Part shown: one piece after another, positions 1 to 9,819 of the stretch | How the letters are laid out: each line of letters opens with the position of its first letter | Position numbering within the stretch: position 1 is the stretch's first letter | Assembly (NCBI RefSeq): GCF_013122565.1 | Contig: NZ_CP053258.1 | DNA: 64,000 bases | DNA from: Escherichia coli | GTDB lineage: Bacteria; Pseudomonadota; Gammaproteobacteria; Enterobacterales; Enterobacteriaceae | Reading direction: 5' to 3' (one strand) | Notes under the pieces: generated by a model | The model's input: only the letters and a program-made list of their open reading frames with translations | Database searches by the model: none | Told to the model about the DNA's origin: nothing | Translations under genes and position numbers: made by a program

Positions 1-588
1 CAGCAATATGCAGTAGCGGGAAAGAACGCGGTTCAGCAAATTATTACTTGCCAGATGGCTGTACTCTTCTTTGAGCGTCAGAATCACCTGCGTACCCGTT
101 TCCGAGGACTGATGCGGCGTAACGGTATATTTTTGCCCGTCAGTAGAGTGGTATTTCCAGCTCTGATCCGGCGTTTGCCAGGATGTGGTCAACACCGTGA
201 CCTCTTTTGCAAGTACAAATGCTGACAAGAAACCAAGGCCGAACATACCAATTAAACCGGTGTTGTCATCCTGCTGGCGCAACATTCGGGTATAACCCAC
301 GCCCACTGTTGCCAGGAAGCCGTGAATTTCGCTTTCTGTCAAACCCGCACCGGTATCGGTAATGGTGATGGTGGACTTCGCCACGTCTGCCACTACACGA
401 ATTTGGTTATCCTTTGGCGCATCGGGCTGCTCAATCCTGCGGCGCACGATCGCATCGTGTCCGTTCTGCACCAGCTCGCGCACGGCGACCACGGGCGTAG
501 AGTAAAGGTGCTTACTGAGCACCTCAATTAAGCCGTTTAAATTAACTTCAGTAGAATATGAACTGCCAGGTAACTGTAATGTACTCAT
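1..588 (-). CDS. HSP90/HtpG-family ATPase paralog, N-terminal part (gene continues beyond window start)
   Basis: Hand translation of minus strand from ATG at 588: MSTLQLPGSSYSTEVNLNGLIEVLSKHLYSTPVVAVRELVQNGHDA...ITITDTGAGLTESEI...LIGMFGLGFLSAFVLAKEVTV, matching HtpG N-domain motifs (RELISNASDA, ISDNGVGMT, IGQFGVGFYSAF). Sits in the K-12 yiiG position; identity with yiiG not verified. Confidence 0.55.
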   Translation of the reverse strand, partial: MSTLQLPGSSYSTEVNLNGLIEVLSKHLYSTPVVAVRELVQNGHDAIVRRRIEQPDAPKDNQIRVVADVAKSTITITDTGAGLTESEIHGFLATVGVGYTRMLRQQDDNTGLIGMFGLGFLSAFVLAKEVTVLTTSWQTPDQSWKYHSTDGQKYTVTPHQSSETGTQVILTLKEEYSHLASNNLLNRVLSRYCILL

Positions 589-854
589 TTTTCAATACTC
601 ATAATCCATCACCCACTATTGAAAATACATTGCTGTTTTTACAACCGGTGCAAGGTTTGTTATTTGCATTCACTCATCAGAAACATTTATTTATTGATGC
701 GATGATTAAAACAAAATGTCTTATATAAATAATGATTAATTCTTAAAGGATTAATGCGACCGGAGTATATCGATATAAACCGGAATTAACGAGATAATTT
801 ATTGTGGTGAAAATATTATTTAAATGCTGAATAATATATTGAGGATTATTTAAT

Positions 855-900
855 AGAAAAATAAAACCGCAATCCAGAATCAGAATTGCGGTATTTATTT
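855..900 (-). terminator. Stem-loop accgcaatccagaatcagaattgcggt with flanking T/A runs, downstream of fdhD
   Basis: Inverted repeat 866-892 flanked by T-rich tracts on both strands, immediately 3' of the fdhD stop. Confidence 0.5.
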
Positions 901-1735
901 AATTATGAATCAAACGCTGCGGATGCGTATAAACCGTCGCCCGACCCGGTTTACAAAAGCCCACCAGCGTCAGATTACAGCGCTCGGCCACTTCCACGGC
1001 AAGTGTGGTCGCGGCAGACACCGCAAACAAAATCTCTACGCCACACATCGCCGACTTTTGCACCATTTCATAACTGGCACGGCTGGAAACCAGTACCGCA
1101 CCTTGCTGCCAGCTTTCCCCTTCTTGTGACCGGCGGCCTAACAGTTTGTCCAGCGCCACATGACGCCCCACGTCTTCATGCCCGCCGACCAGTTCGCCAG
1201 ATGGCAACATCCATGCAGCGGCGTGAGTACAACCAGTCAGTTGCCCCACTGGCTGGAAATCGTTGAGATGACGTAATGCATCATCCAGTTTGTTGAGATC
1301 AAACGTCTGGGTGAACGGTAGCGGCTGCACCGGTTTTCCGATGTCATTAAGTTGCTCCACGCCGCATACACCACAGCCCGTACGTCCCGCCAGCGCCCGG
1401 CGGCGCTCCTTCAACCCCATAAAGCGGCGGCTGGAAAGCTCAATTTGTACTTCAAGACCATTACAGGAAGGAACGACATCCATGCCGAAGATATCGCGCG
1501 GGCTTTCTATAATCCCCTCGGAAAGCGAAAAACCGAGCGCAAAGTACTCAAGGTCTTTGGGCGACGCCATCATCACCACATGCGAAATGCCGTTGTAGAC
1601 CAGCGCAACGGGAACTTCTTCCGCCACCTCATCTAACCGTGGGTGTTGTAAATCATCACGTCGCCATAACACAATTTGACGAACACCTGTGACATTTGTC
1701 ACATTTTCGATTTCTTTTTGCTGTGTTTTTTTCAC
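899..1735 (-). CDS. fdhD: Formate dehydrogenase accessory sulfurtransferase FdhD
   Basis: 278-aa ORF divergent from fdoG; length and position match K-12 fdhD. Confidence 0.9.
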   Translation of the reverse strand: MKKTQQKEIENVTNVTGVRQIVLWRRDDLQHPRLDEVAEEVPVALVYNGISHVVMMASPKDLEYFALGFSLSEGIIESPRDIFGMDVVPSCNGLEVQIELSSRRFMGLKERRRALAGRTGCGVCGVEQLNDIGKPVQPLPFTQTFDLNKLDDALRHLNDFQPVGQLTGCTHAAAWMLPSGELVGGHEDVGRHVALDKLLGRRSQEGESWQQGAVLVSSRASYEMVQKSAMCGVEILFAVSAATTLAVEVAERCNLTLVGFCKPGRATVYTHPQRLIHN

Positions 1736-1928
1736 TTTCTATTAACCGGATAAGAACACACACACCAACATTATGGTATTCTGTTACAAACCCTTCCTGG
1801 ATGGAGGGAAATTGAGCCAATTCTGGACCTTTGCGGCCCCTTCCGCAAAGAAAAATAACTCCCACTCCCTGCACACGCAGCAAGCGAATGTAAATGGGAC
1901 GTGACAATGTCGAAACAAGGAGCAATCC

Positions 1929-4900
1929 ATGCAGGTCAGCAGAAGGCAGTTCTTTAAGATCTGCGCTGGCGGTATGGCAGGCACCACGGCAGCGGCACTG
2001 GGTTTTGCACCCAGCGTAGCACTCGCGGAAACCCGGCAGTATAAACTGCTGCGCACCCGCGAAACCCGTAATACCTGCACCTATTGTTCCGTAGGCTGTG
2101 GGCTGTTGATGTACAGCCTCGGTGACGGAGCAAAAAACGCCAAAGCATCTATCTTCCATATCGAAGGCGATCCGGATCACCCGGTCAACCGCGGTGCACT
2201 TTGTCCGAAAGGCGCTGGCCTGGTGGATTTCATCCACTCCGAAAGCCGTCTGAAGTTTCCGGAATACCGTGCGCCAGGTTCTGATAAATGGCAGCAAATC
2301 AGTTGGGAAGAGGCGTTTGATCGCATCGCCAAACTGATGAAAGAAGACCGCGATGCTAACTACATTGCGCAAAACGCCGAAGGCGTGACTGTTAACCGCT
2401 GGCTCTCTACCGGGATGCTGTGTGCTTCCGCATCGAGTAACGAAACCGGCTATTTAACGCAAAAATTCTCCCGCGCGCTGGGTATGCTCGCGGTCGACAA
2501 CCAGGCGCGTGTCTGACACGGACCAACGGTAGCAAGTCTTGCTCCAACATTTGGTCGCGGTGCGATGACCAACCACTGGGTCGACATCAAGAACGCCAAC
2601 CTCGTCGTGGTGATGGGCGGTAATGCCGCTGAAGCTCACCCGGTCGGGTTCCGCTGGGCGATGGAAGCCAAAATTCACAACGGCGCGAAGCTGATTGTGA
2701 TCGATCCTCGCTTTACGCGTACGGCGGCGGTAGCTGACTACTATGCCCCTATTCGTTCCGGTACTGACATTGCTTTCCTGTCAGGCGTATTGCTGTACCT
2801 GCTGAACAATGAAAAATTCAACCGCGAATACACCGAAGCCTATACCAACGCCAGCCTGATCGTGCGTGAGGATTACGGCTTTGAAGATGGCCTGTTCACC
2901 GGCTATGACGCGGAAAAACGCAAGTACGATAAATCCTCCTGGACTTACGAACTGGACGAAAACGGCTTCGCCAAACGCGATACCACGCTGCAACATCCGC
3001 GCTGCGTGTGGAACTTGCTGAAACAGCACGTTTCCCGCTACACGCCAGATGTGGTTGAAAACATCTGTGGTACGCCAAAAGACGCGTTCCTGAAAGTCTG
3101 CGAATACATCGCAGAAACCAGTGCTCACGATAAAACTGCCTCGTTCCTGTATGCCCTCGGCTGGACGCAACACTCCGTTGGTGCGCAAAACATTCGTACG
3201 ATGGCGATGATCCAGCTGCTGCTCGGCAATATGGGGATGGCAGGCGGCGGCGTTAACGCCCTGCGCGGTCACTCCAATATTCAGGGGCTGACGGACCTGG
3301 GGCTGCTGTCGCAGAGCCTGCCAGGTTACATGACGCTGCCAAGCGAGAAGCAGACCGATCTGCAAACCTACCTTACCGCCAACACGCCAAAACCGCTGCT
3401 GGAAGGCCAGGTAAACTACTGGGGCAACTACCCGAAATTCTTCGTCTCTATGATGAAGGCCTTCTTTGGTGATAAAGCGACGGCGGAAAATAGCTGGGGC
3501 TTTGACTGGTTGCCGAAGTGGGATAAAGGCTACGACGTCCTGCAATACTTCGAGATGATGAAAGAAGGCAAGGTCAATGGCTATATCTGCCAGGGCTTTA
3601 ACCCTGTTGCCTCATTCCCGAACAAAAACAAAGTGATCGGTTGTCTGTCGAAACTGAAGTTCCTCGTCACTATCGACCCGCTGAACACTGAAACCTCTAA
3701 CTTCTGGCAGAACCACGGTGAGCTGAACGAAGTTGACTCGTCGAAGATCCAGACCGAAGTGTTCCGTCTGCCATCGACCTGCTTCGCGGAAGAGAACGGT
3801 TCAATCGTTAACTCAGGTCGCTGGTTGCAGTGGCACTGGAAAGGTGCGGACGCCCCGGGGATTGCGCTGACTGACGGCGAGATCCTCTCCGGTATCTTCC
3901 TGCGCTTGCGCAAGATGTATGCCGAACAGGGTGGCGCAAACCCGGATCAGGTGCTGAACATGACCTGGAACTACGCCATTCCGCATGAGCCGAAGTCGGA
4001 AGAAGTGGCGATGGAGAGCAACGGTAAGGCGCTGGCCGATATTACCGATCCGGCAACCGGTGCGGTTATCGTCAAGAAAGGTCAACAACTTAGCTCGTTC
4101 GCCCAACTGCGCGATGACGGTACAACTTCCTGTGGTTGCTGGATTTTCGCCGGTAGCTGGACGCCGGAAGGCAACCAGATGGCACGCCGTGATAACGCCG
4201 ATCCGTCTGGCCTCGGTAACACGCTGGGCTGGGCATGGGCATGGCCGCTTAACCGCCGCATTCTGTATAACCGCGCCTCCGCAGATCCGCAGGGTAACCC
4301 GTGGGATCCGAAGCGTCAGTTGCTGAAATGGGACGGCACTAAGTGGACCGGCTGGGATATTCCGGACTACAGCGCAGCGCCTCCGGGTAGCGGCGTCGGG
4401 CCGTTTATCATGCAGCAGGAAGGCATGGGGCGTCTGTTTGCCCTCGATAAGATGGCGGAAGGTCCGTTCCCGGAACACTACGAGCCGTTTGAAACGCCGC
4501 TGGGAACTAACCCGCTGCATCCAAACGTTATCTCGAACCCGGCTGCACGTATCTTTAAAGACGACGCCGAAGCATTGGGTAAAGCCGATAAGTTCCCGTA
4601 TGTCGGAACCACCTATCGTCTGACCGAGCACTTCCACTACTGGACCAAACACGCGCTGTTGAACGCGATTTTGCAGCCAGAGCAGTTTGTGGAAATCGGT
4701 GAGTCGCTGGCGAATAAACTTGGCATTGCCCAGGGCGATACCGTGAAAGTCTCCTCCAACCGTGGCTATATCAAAGCCAAAGCGGTGGTGACCAAACGTA
4801 TTCGCACGCTGAAAGCGAACGGCAAAGATATCGATACCATCGGTATTCCGATTCACTGGGGCTATGAAGGCGTTGCGAAAAAAGGCTTTATTGCCAATAC

Positions 4901-4979
4901 GTTGACGCCATTCGTCGGTGATGCGAACACGCAGACGCCGGAGTTTAAGTCCTTCCTTGTGAATGTGGAAAAGGTGTAA
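1929..4979 (+). CDS. fdoG: Formate dehydrogenase-O alpha subunit (selenoprotein, in-frame TGA)
   Basis: ORFs 1929-2516 and 2565-4979 are in the same frame, joined through TGA at 2514-2516; Tat signal MQVSRRQFFKICAGG; total 1016 aa as in K-12 FdoG. Confidence 0.9.
2514..2570 (+). other. Selenocysteine UGA codon (2514-2516) and presumed downstream SECIS region
   Basis: In-frame TGA inside the molybdopterin enzyme ORF, with the reading frame continuing; SECIS hairpin inferred from position, not folded. Confidence 0.7.
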
Positions 4980-4991
4980 CGGAGACGACAT

Positions 4992-5894
4992 ATGGCTTAT
5001 CAATCGCAAGATATCATTCGTCGTTCCGCGACTAACGGTCTGACCCCCGCGCCTCAGGCGCGGGACTTCCAGGAAGAAGTGGCGAAACTCATCGACGTCA
5101 CCACCTGTATCGGCTGTAAAGCCTGTCAGGTGGCGTGTTCAGAGTGGAACGACATTCGCGATACCGTCGGCAATAACATTGGGGTGTACGACAACCCCAA
5201 TGATTTAAGTGCCAAATCGTGGACGGTGATGCGATTCTCGGAAGTGGAGCAGAACGACAAACTGGAATGGCTGATCCGCAAAGACGGCTGTATGCACTGT
5301 TCCGATCCCGGCTGCCTGAAAGCGTGCCCGGCGGAAGGTGCAATTATTCAGTATGCCAACGGTATCGTCGACTTCCAGTCCGAGCAGTGCATTGGCTGCG
5401 GTTATTGCATTGCGGGCTGTCCGTTCGACATTCCGCGCCTCAACCCGGAAGACAACCGCGTCTACAAATGTACGCTGTGCGTTGACCGCGTGGTGGTTGG
5501 GCAAGAACCGGCCTGCGTGAAGACCTGCCCAACGGGCGCGATTCACTTCGGTACGAAAGAGTCGATAAAAACGCTGGCGAGCGAGCGCGTGGCGGAGCTG
5601 AAAACCCGTGGTTACGACAATGCGGGCCTGTACGATCCGGCAGGTGTCGGTGGTACACACGTTATGTACGTGCTGCACCATGCTGACAAGCCAAATCTCT
5701 ATCATGGCTTGCCGGAGAACCCGGAAATCAGCGAAACCGTGAAATTCTGGAAAGGCATCTGGAAACCGCTCGCAGCTGTTGGCTTTGCGGCTACCTTCGC
5801 GGCCAGTATCTTCCACTACGTGGGTGTCGGTCCGAACCGTGCGGATGAGGAAGAGAATAATCTGCACGAAGAGAAAGACGAGGAGCGCAAATGA
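4992..5894 (+). CDS. fdoH: Formate dehydrogenase-O iron-sulfur (beta) subunit
   Basis: 300 aa with multiple CxxCxxCxxxCP ferredoxin motifs and C-terminal TM segment; follows fdoG. Confidence 0.9.
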   Translation: MAYQSQDIIRRSATNGLTPAPQARDFQEEVAKLIDVTTCIGCKACQVACSEWNDIRDTVGNNIGVYDNPNDLSAKSWTVMRFSEVEQNDKLEWLIRKDGCMHCSDPGCLKACPAEGAIIQYANGIVDFQSEQCIGCGYCIAGCPFDIPRLNPEDNRVYKCTLCVDRVVVGQEPACVKTCPTGAIHFGTKESIKTLASERVAELKTRGYDNAGLYDPAGVGGTHVMYVLHHADKPNLYHGLPENPEISETVKFWKGIWKPLAAVGFAATFAASIFHYVGVGPNRADEEENNLHEEKDEERK

Positions 5895-6526
5895 AACGAC
5901 GTGACACCATCGTGCGCTACACCGCGCCGGAACGTATCAACCACTGGATCACCGCCTTCTGCTTCATCCTGGCGGCGGTGAGCGGGCTGGGCTTTTTGTT
6001 CCCGTCCTTCAACTGGTTGATGCAAATCATGGGCACACCGCAGCTGGCGCGAATTCTGCACCCGTTTGTCGGCGTGGTTATGTTTGCCTCGTTCATCATC
6101 ATGTTTTTCCGTTACTGGCATCACAACCTAATCAATCGGGATGATATCTTTTGGGCGAAGAATATTCGTAAGATCGTCGTCAACGAGGAAGTAGGTGACA
6201 CCGGGCGTTATAACTTCGGTCAGAAATGCGTTTTCTGGGCGGCGATTATTTTCCTGGTTCTGCTGCTGGTGAGCGGCGTGATTATCTGGCGTCCTTATTT
6301 TGCGCCTGCTTTCTCAATCCCGGTGATCCGATTCGCGTTAATGCTGCATTCATTTGCCGCAGTGGCGTTAATTGTGGTTATCATGGTGCATATCTACGCC
6401 GCCCTTTGGGTGAAAGGCACGATTACCGCCATGGTGGAAGGATGGGTTACCAGCGCCTGGGCGAAGAAACATCACCCGCGCTGGTACCGTGAGGTCCGCA
6501 AGACAACGGAAAAGAAAGCTGAATGA
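5891..6526 (+). CDS. fdoI: Formate dehydrogenase-O cytochrome b556 (gamma) subunit
   Basis: 211-aa polytopic membrane protein, overlapping fdoH stop (ATGA). Confidence 0.9.
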   Translation: MKRRDTIVRYTAPERINHWITAFCFILAAVSGLGFLFPSFNWLMQIMGTPQLARILHPFVGVVMFASFIIMFFRYWHHNLINRDDIFWAKNIRKIVVNEEVGDTGRYNFGQKCVFWAAIIFLVLLLVSGVIIWRPYFAPAFSIPVIRFALMLHSFAAVALIVVIMVHIYAALWVKGTITAMVEGWVTSAWAKKHHPRWYREVRKTTEKKAE

Positions 6527-7452
6527 GTATTCGCATAATCCCGCAAGATGAGCTGGGTTCGGGCGAGAAACGTACGGCGGATATGATTCCGCCGTTATTG
6601 TTCCCTCGGCTCAAGAATTTATACAACCGCCGCGCCGAGCGTCTGCGCGAGCTGGCAGAAAATAATCCGCTGGGTGATTACCTGCGCTTTGCTGCGCTTA
6701 TCGCCCACGCCCAGGAAGTGGTGCTGTACGACCATCCGCTGGAGATGGATCTGACTGCACGCATTAAAGAAGCCAGCGCACAAGGCAAGCCCCCGCTGGA
6801 TATTCACGTTCTGCCGCGTGATAAGCACTGGCAAAAGCTGCTGATGGCGCTAATTGCTGAGCTGAAACCTGAAATGAGCGGCCCGGCGCTGGCAGTGATT
6901 GAGAATCTGGAGAAGGCATCGACTCAGGAGCTGGAAGATATGGCCAGCGCACTGTTTGCCTCTGATTTCTCATCCGTCAGTAGCGATAAAGCGCCGTTTA
7001 TCTGGGCTGCACTGTCGCTCTACTGGGCGCAGATGGCCAATCTGATCCCCGGCAAAGCCCGCGCTGAATACGGCGAACAACGTCAATATTGCCCGGTTTG
7101 TGGTTCTATGCCGGTGTCCAGCATGGTGCAAATTGGCACCACTCAGGGTCTGCGTTACCTGCACTGCAACCTGTGTGAAACCGAATGGCACGTAGTGCGC
7201 GTAAAATGCAGCAACTGCGAGCAGAGCGGCAAACTGCATTACTGGTCGCTGGATGACGAACAGGCCGCGATTAAAGCCGAAAGCTGCGATGACTGCGGCA
7301 CTTACCTGAAAATTCTCTATCAGGAAAAAGAACCGAAAGTTGAAGCCGTGGCAGATGACCTCGCCTCTCTGGTACTGGACGCACGAATGGAGCAAGAAGG
7401 CTATGCCCGCAGTTCCATCAACCCGTTCCTGTTTCCGGGTGAAGGGGAGTAA
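6523..7452 (+). CDS. fdhE: Formate dehydrogenase accessory protein FdhE
   Basis: 309 aa with CxxC pairs ([27 protein letters not shown]); overlaps fdoI stop. Confidence 0.9.
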   Translation: MSIRIIPQDELGSGEKRTADMIPPLLFPRLKNLYNRRAERLRELAENNPLGDYLRFAALIAHAQEVVLYDHPLEMDLTARIKEASAQGKPPLDIHVLPRDKHWQKLLMALIAELKPEMSGPALAVIENLEKASTQELEDMASALFASDFSSVSSDKAPFIWAALSLYWAQMANLIPGKARAEYGEQRQYCPVCGSMPVSSMVQIGTTQGLRYLHCNLCETEWHVVRVKCSNCEQSGKLHYWSLDDEQAAIKAESCDDCGTYLKILYQEKEPKVEAVADDLASLVLDARMEQEGYARSSINPFLFPGEGE

Positions 7453-7629
7453 TCTCTGACGTTTTCCGGGTGGCGCTGGTCGCCCGGATTACAGCTCATA
7501 GGGTGTGACGACACCATCTCTCGTATTCCGCGTTACCACCTCAAGCTATGCCGCCTGTGCCTGTTTGCCTCGTTCTTCCCTCCAACACATCGATAAGGTT
7601 ATTGGTATGTTACTGATGACAAGCGTAAG

Positions 7630-7745
7630 ATTGCCTGATGCGCTGCGCTTATCAGGCCTACCAATAAACTGCAATACATTGAATTTTCATGACTTTGTAG
7701 GCCGGATAAGGCGTTCACGCCGCATCCGGCATGAACAACGCACAC
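7630..7745. repeat. REP/BIME-type palindromic elements
   Basis: gcctgatgcgctgcgcttatcaggcctac and gtaggccggataaggcgttcacgccgcatccggca motifs typical of E. coli REP units. Confidence 0.75.
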
Positions 7746-7780
7746 GTTGTCAGCAATCTGATTGACATCATTTTTTCCCA

Positions 7781-8002
7781 TTACCCTTCCTCGCGCAGCT
7801 TACGCTGGTATTCGACACCATCTTCCTCATACACTTGCCAGATGCCAGGAACACTGGATCTTGCTGTTTGCAATTGATTTTCCAGGTATTGTTCTACCGC
7901 TTCTCGTAATAGGTCTGCACGCGGAAGATTACGCTGCACCTCAAGATCATCAAGTTGCTTAATCACCTCATTCGATAAATCGAGTAAAATTCTGCTCATA
8001 TC
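7781..8002 (-). CDS. yiiF: Ribbon-helix-helix (CopG/Arc-like) small DNA-binding protein
   Basis: ORF 7781-8038; likely start [12 protein letters not shown] at 8002; shares the REAVEQYLE motif with its neighbour. Confidence 0.7.
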   Translation of the reverse strand, partial: DMSRILLDLSNEVIKQLDDLEVQRNLPRADLLREAVEQYLENQLQTARSSVPGIWQVYEEDGVEYQRKLREEG

Positions 8003-8117
8003 CCAACCTGCCAGAGGGTTCGTAAATATTTCACCCATATCATTTTTGAATCTATGGAGAGAAAAGTACCCTTGCCGAATCTTAAAAGAAAGCTCATTTA
8101 CGCATCATTTTTTATTT

Positions 8118-8136
8118 TTGCGAGGCGTTTTCCAGA
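8118..8136 (-). promoter_or_regulatory. Conserved upstream motif ttgcgaggcgttttccaga, copy 1 (upstream of yiiF)
   Basis: Identical 19-mer recurs at 8557-8575 and, with one change, at 9788-9807, each about 90-120 bp upstream of a minus-strand start codon. Confidence 0.5.
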
Positions 8137-8241
8137 TATGATGTAACAGTTGCAGTTATTATAAGTTCAAGTAAAACAGTCTTGTATTAATACCAGAATA
8201 AGGGCATCTGGTTTTTATATTCAAGAATAATATATTTTTTG

Positions 8242-8460
8242 TCATTCCTTATGCTCCTTACACTGATCATCAACAACTACTGTCTCACCCCTTTGCCTGC
8301 CTCCCTTTGCTTTACGCACCGGAAATTGCTGCCGCTCCAGATATTGCTCAACCGCTTCGCGTAAAATTGCAGATCGTGAAACCTTACGCCAGCCCCGAAG
8401 CTTGTTCAGCCGTTTAATTGCCTCTTCTGATAAATGAAGAAAAACCGTATTCATCGTCAT
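8242..8460 (-). CDS. yiiE: Ribbon-helix-helix (CopG/Arc-like) small DNA-binding protein, paralog of yiiF
   Basis: ORF 8242-8469; [11 protein letters not shown] motif; tandem paralog of yiiF including its upstream region. Confidence 0.7.
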   Translation of the reverse strand: MTMNTVFLHLSEEAIKRLNKLRGWRKVSRSAILREAVEQYLERQQFPVRKAKGGRQRGETVVVDDQCKEHKE

Positions 8461-8556
8461 TGCCACCACCTAACATATATTATTCATTAATGTATGTACG
8501 AAAACTACGCCGGAAAATTAATTAACGAAAGCGGATTTTTGCATGTTGTTTTGTTT

Positions 8557-8575
8557 TTGCGAGGCGTTTTCCAGA
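8557..8575 (-). promoter_or_regulatory. Conserved upstream motif ttgcgaggcgttttccaga, copy 2 (upstream of yiiE)
   Basis: Same 19-mer as copy 1; also followed by the related gttgcagtt box seen after copy 1. Confidence 0.5.
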
Positions 8576-8985
8576 AATAATAAGAGCGTTGCAGTTGTTT
8601 CAATTGTTACTCAAAAATGGTTTAGTTATCGCCCAAAATGAATTATAGGTGCTATGAATATATTATATTCAGGGATATTTATTTTTTCATTGGATCTTTA
8701 TTTGCATAATCTGAATGGTGTAGCCGAAAAATGTCAGCATCCTAACAGCACCCGGATTTACGGTGAAATTAATCATCCATCACAGACCGGTCAGTACTGC
8801 TACCAACCGGTCTTAACTTGCTCATCGTTATAATTTTGTTGGTAACAGTTCGGGAAACAAGGAATTCCTTCCGGAACACCCCTGACATCATCCGATAGCA
8901 TTGACGTCAATCATCGGCGCGACGATGAGTTTTTTAATCGCATCATAGGGTGGCAACGGTCAGCACGATTACGGGTCATAGCAAA

Positions 8986-9090
8986 ACTCCTGAGCAGGTG
9001 GCACTACGCCGCTTTCACAGGAGTTCTGAATGCTGGTGCTTTCTGTATGGCATAACCATGCCTCTAACGGTTAAGTGCTTGCAGCACATG
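8986..9090. repeat. About 105-bp direct repeat, copy A (overlaps 3' end of antitoxin gene)
   Basis: aactcctgagcag..gccgctttcacaggagttctgaatgctggtgctttctgtatggc.. recurs at 10802-10906 with roughly 85 percent identity by eye. Confidence 0.8.
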
Positions 9091-9354
9091 TTGCGGATCA
9101 TTGGCAATCGCTCGCAGCAAAGCCTTTGCAGGCCCGGTCGGTGAACGTCGCCCCTGCTCCCAGTTACGCAACGTGTCTACACTTACAGAAATAAGATCGG
9201 CAAATTTAGATTGTGACAACCCTGAAGCGCGGCGTATTTCTTTGATTTTCATAGCATCAACTTCAAAAGTCCGCGAAGGCTGTCGCGTTCCTTCAATAAT
9301 TTCATTCATCTGGGCCATGCTGTGAGTCAACCGCTCAAAAAGTGCCTTATCCAT
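9064..9354 (-). CDS. HTH (XRE-family) antitoxin, HigA-like
   Basis: 96 aa; helix-turn-helix segment IRRASGLSQSKFADLISVSVDTLRNWEQG; start abuts the stop of the upstream toxin ORF. Confidence 0.7.
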   Translation of the reverse strand: MDKALFERLTHSMAQMNEIIEGTRQPSRTFEVDAMKIKEIRRASGLSQSKFADLISVSVDTLRNWEQGRRSPTGPAKALLRAIANDPQHVLQALNR

Positions 9355-9666
9355 TTACCACCTCGTATTTAACAACCGGAGCATTGCTTTTTCCTGGGGA
9401 GACAGATCATCTTTAATACCCTTACGATAAATAAGCAGTAATCTGATCTCATAATGTTTAACCTGATGAAAGTAAATAACCCTGACACCAGCACGTTTCC
9501 CCTTTCCTCCTGACACCCATCGAATCTTTCTTAACCCACCAGTTTCAGGTATTACCTCACCATAGTCAGGATTCAAGGCCAGGAAAAACTGAAAACGACT
9601 GAATTCATCGTCGGTCAGCAGTTTTTGAACATCTTCAGTAAAAATTTCCGTTTCGATGAAGAGCAT
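9355..9666 (-). CDS. RelE/HigB-superfamily (Gp49-like) toxin
   Basis: 103-aa basic protein placed upstream of an XRE antitoxin (toxin-first hig-type layout); conserved-looking GVRVIYF...LLLIYRKG core. Confidence 0.65.
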   Translation of the reverse strand: MLFIETEIFTEDVQKLLTDDEFSRFQFFLALNPDYGEVIPETGGLRKIRWVSGGKGKRAGVRVIYFHQVKHYEIRLLLIYRKGIKDDLSPQEKAMLRLLNTRW

Positions 9667-9787
9667 AATTATACGCCATTGGCTTAGAGTAACAATCCTT
9701 TTTGTACGTCATTGACGTACCCTTGAAACCACTAGCTTACTGATAGTGCTCCAGCAAAACCACGTCTCTGCCGGGTTTGTCTTTACA

Positions 9788-9807
9788 TTTGCGAGGCGCT
9801 TTCCAGA
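9788..9807 (-). promoter_or_regulatory. Conserved upstream motif tttgcgaggcgctttccaga, copy 3 (upstream of toxin-antitoxin operon)
   Basis: One-mismatch copy of the yiiE/yiiF upstream 19-mer, about 120 bp upstream of the toxin start. Confidence 0.5.
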
Positions 9808-9819
9808 TTTTTCACGCCC

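Noticed and set aside
322-531. 69-aa plus-strand ORF at window start
   Set aside because: Antisense to the HSP90-like coding sequence, which has clear family motifs on the minus strand.
2781-5009. Long antisense ORFs inside fdoG (2781-3545 and 3813-5009, minus strand)
   Set aside because: Fully embedded antisense to a well-supported conserved gene; typical GC-rich frame artefacts.
8950-9144. 64-aa plus-strand ORF spanning the direct repeat, and a 12-codon mini-ORF (MLVLSVWH..) inside the repeat
   Set aside because: Overlaps the antitoxin 3' end on the opposite strand; no RBS or conservation argument; more likely repeat sequence than coding.
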